Part shown: positions 14,334 through 15,862 of the stretch, one piece after another
Layout of the letters: each line of letters opens with the position of its first letter
Position numbering within the stretch: the stretch's first letter is position 1
Assembly (NCBI GenBank): GCA_018260615.1
Contig: JAGWDQ010000004.1
Location: 1-15,862, forward strand
DNA length: 15,862 nt
Direction of reading: 5' to 3'
DNA from: Candidatus Altarchaeum sp.
GTDB lineage: Archaea > Altiarchaeota > Altiarchaeia > Altiarchaeales > Altiarchaeaceae
Made by a program: the position numbers and the translations under genes
Notes under the pieces: generated by a model
The model's input: only the letters and a program-made list of their open reading frames with translations
The model's database searches: none
Told to the model about the DNA's origin: nothing

Positions 14334-15699
14334 AATTTCCCGGATTTCGGAAATTTCACAAATATTAAAGGATGCATTAGCAAAAATAAAACCATCGGCG
14401 GACTTAAAAGCACAAAAGCACGACATAGCAAAATGTCTGCTCGCAGAAATCTCAAAATTTGGCCATCACGCTGAAATTGTCGGTTCGCTTGCCAAAGATA
14501 CTGACCTTGCTTATGAGCCATACGATACGGATATTGACATTTTTATCAAATTTCCAGTCCGGTTTAAGAAAGATGACTTGGGAAAAACAGTCATTGAAAT
14601 AGGGGAAAAAATTTTAACCGACTGCGAGATTGACTATGCAGAACATCCTTACATCAAGGGAAAATTTAAAAATTTTTCAATAGAACTCGTGCCGTGCTAC
14701 GACTTCGGAGAAGGAATATTCGGCGACTTTAAAAATATTGCAACATCTGTTGACAGAACTATATACCATACAAAGTATGTCCGTGAAAAAATAAAATGTC
14801 TGAAAAATTTAAATTTAAACGATGAAATACGGCTTTTAAAGCAGTTTATGAAGGGTTGTAATGTCTACGGAGCAGAGGCAAGTGTTAAGGGCTTCAGCGG
14901 TTATCTTGCCGAACTAATGTGCATTTATTATGGTTCCTGGACAGATGTTATTAAGCATTCATCGGAGTGGAAATTAAACACATTTATAGATGTTGAAAAC
15001 CAGTGGGAAGGACAGGGGAAAATTTTGTTTGACGAACCGTTGGTTGTTATTGACCCAGTTGACAAGAACAGGAATGTTGCCTCGGCAGTAAGCGAGGAAA
15101 ATATGGCTAAATTTATCTATGCCTGCAGAAAGTTCCGGTTAAGTCCGTCAATTGACTTCTTCTTTAAGGATTTAAAACCAGAAAAAATCACGAGGGAAGA
15201 ACTGATGAGAACTATGAAAGAAAGAGGAACAAAATTTATTGCGGTGTGCTATGAGCATCCTTACATAAACATAAACAACCTGTATCCGCAATTAGAAAAG
15301 ACACGGAAAACATTAATAAAGCAGCTGGAAAAATTTAAATTTAAGGTTATGAATTCAAAGTCGTATGTAAATAGTGCCTGTGTTAAGACCGCAATAATAT
15401 TTGAATTTGAAATTTTTGAATTGCCGGATATTGAAATAGTTAATGGCCCTCCGATAGATACACCTCTGATTTATCAGGAAACATTCATAAACATACATAA
15501 AAATGCAAAACTTGGCGGGTGGAGGTGGGTTGCAGCCCGTAAAAGGAAATTTAAAATGGTCTTTGATTGTTTGAAATTTTTACTCGCAGAAAAACACGGC
15601 TTCGGAAAGGAATTTATAAATTTGGAGGGAAAAATTGAGCAAGATGAAGAAATTTTGACATCTGATGAAATAATAAATGAATTGTCGGAAATTTTGTAA
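14323..15699 (+). CDS. cca: CCA-adding enzyme (archaeal class I tRNA nucleotidyltransferase)
   Basis: VGSLAKDTDL.....DIDIF, YAEHPY, ELVPC, SVDRT..HT.YV, EIRLLKQFMKG..VYGAE....GFSGYLAELM..YYGS, PLVVIDPVD..RNVASAVS. Confidence 0.95.
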   Translation: MDDKISRISEISQILKDALAKIKPSADLKAQKHDIAKCLLAEISKFGHHAEIVGSLAKDTDLAYEPYDTDIDIFIKFPVRFKKDDLGKTVIEIGEKILTDCEIDYAEHPYIKGKFKNFSIELVPCYDFGEGIFGDFKNIATSVDRTIYHTKYVREKIKCLKNLNLNDEIRLLKQFMKGCNVYGAEASVKGFSGYLAELMCIYYGSWTDVIKHSSEWKLNTFIDVENQWEGQGKILFDEPLVVIDPVDKNRNVASAVSEENMAKFIYACRKFRLSPSIDFFFKDLKPEKITREELMRTMKERGTKFIAVCYEHPYININNLYPQLEKTRKTLIKQLEKFKFKVMNSKSYVNSACVKTAIIFEFEIFELPDIEIVNGPPIDTPLIYQETFINIHKNAKLGGWRWVAARKRKFKMVFDCLKFLLAEKHGFGKEFINLEGKIEQDEEILTSDEIINELSEIL

Positions 15700-15748
15700 G
15701 TTGTTGTTTTTAATGTTCTATAAAGCATAAGTTTTTCATTGGTTTCTC

Positions 15749-15772
15749 ACACCAAGACACAGAGACACAAAG
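15749..15772 (+). repeat. Three tandem 8-mers (ACACCAAG ACACAGAG ACACAAAG)
   Basis: Seen directly; period 8. Confidence 0.6.
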
Positions 15773-15779
15773 GAGTTAT

Positions 15780-15833
15780 ATTGAAAACTTTGAGTTTTCA
15801 ATCTTTAAACACCGATTTTCGCAAAGTGTTTAA
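15780..15833. repeat. Dispersed copy of the double-hairpin repeat seen at 3272-3377
   Basis: ATTGAAAACT-TTG-AGTTTTCAAT (perfect 10-bp stem), then CTTTAAA, matching TGAAAACTnnnAGTTTTCAATCTTTAAA at 3328-3355. A second stem TTAAACAC...GTGTTTAA follows. Confidence 0.7.
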
Positions 15834-15862
15834 GTATTATAATTACACCCTATTTTTTACTA

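Noticed and set aside
311-15728. Antisense or alternate-frame ORFs in the track (e.g. 311-538, 1076-1294, 1421-1696, 2199-2387, 3409-3633, 4075-4422, 4444-4674, 7818-8766 set, 8989-9201, 10175-10378, 11902-12102, 12741-12971, 13248-13430, 14279-14521, 15474-15728)
   Set aside because: They overlap well-supported genes and have the S/F/L/I-rich composition expected from the reverse complement of K/E-rich coding DNA; no motifs.

Overview
AT-rich archaeal chromosomal window. The gene set (Dph5, TFE-alpha, class I CCA-adding enzyme, MfnE-like kinase, Rnl3-type RNA ligase) is archaeal. Low GC plus a methanofuran-pathway kinase would fit an Altiarchaeota-like organism, but that is inference only. 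Housekeeping genes (argC 3' end, dph5, tfe, mtnP, MutS-family ATPase, mfnE-like kinase, GH57 amylase, RNA ligase, cca) are interrupted by three accessory patches. (1) 2703-3430: an EcoRV-family restriction nuclease fragment cut off by a 205-bp TIR-bounded element, followed by a dense patchwork of hairpin repeats. (2) About 7265-11030: RhuM, a lipoprotein, a two-domain restriction-fold protein and a small DUF4241-like protein, bracketed by repeat elements. (3) 12234-13834: three tandem B-box zinc-finger membrane-protein paralogues, two sharing a 264-bp perfectly identical core, followed by a DUF2085 membrane protein. A dispersed intergenic repeat family carries a covarying hairpin that folds only on its purine-rich strand, via tandem G.A pairs. 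No tRNA, rRNA, CRISPR array or transposase was seen. All family assignments come from motif recognition by eye; no database searches were run.
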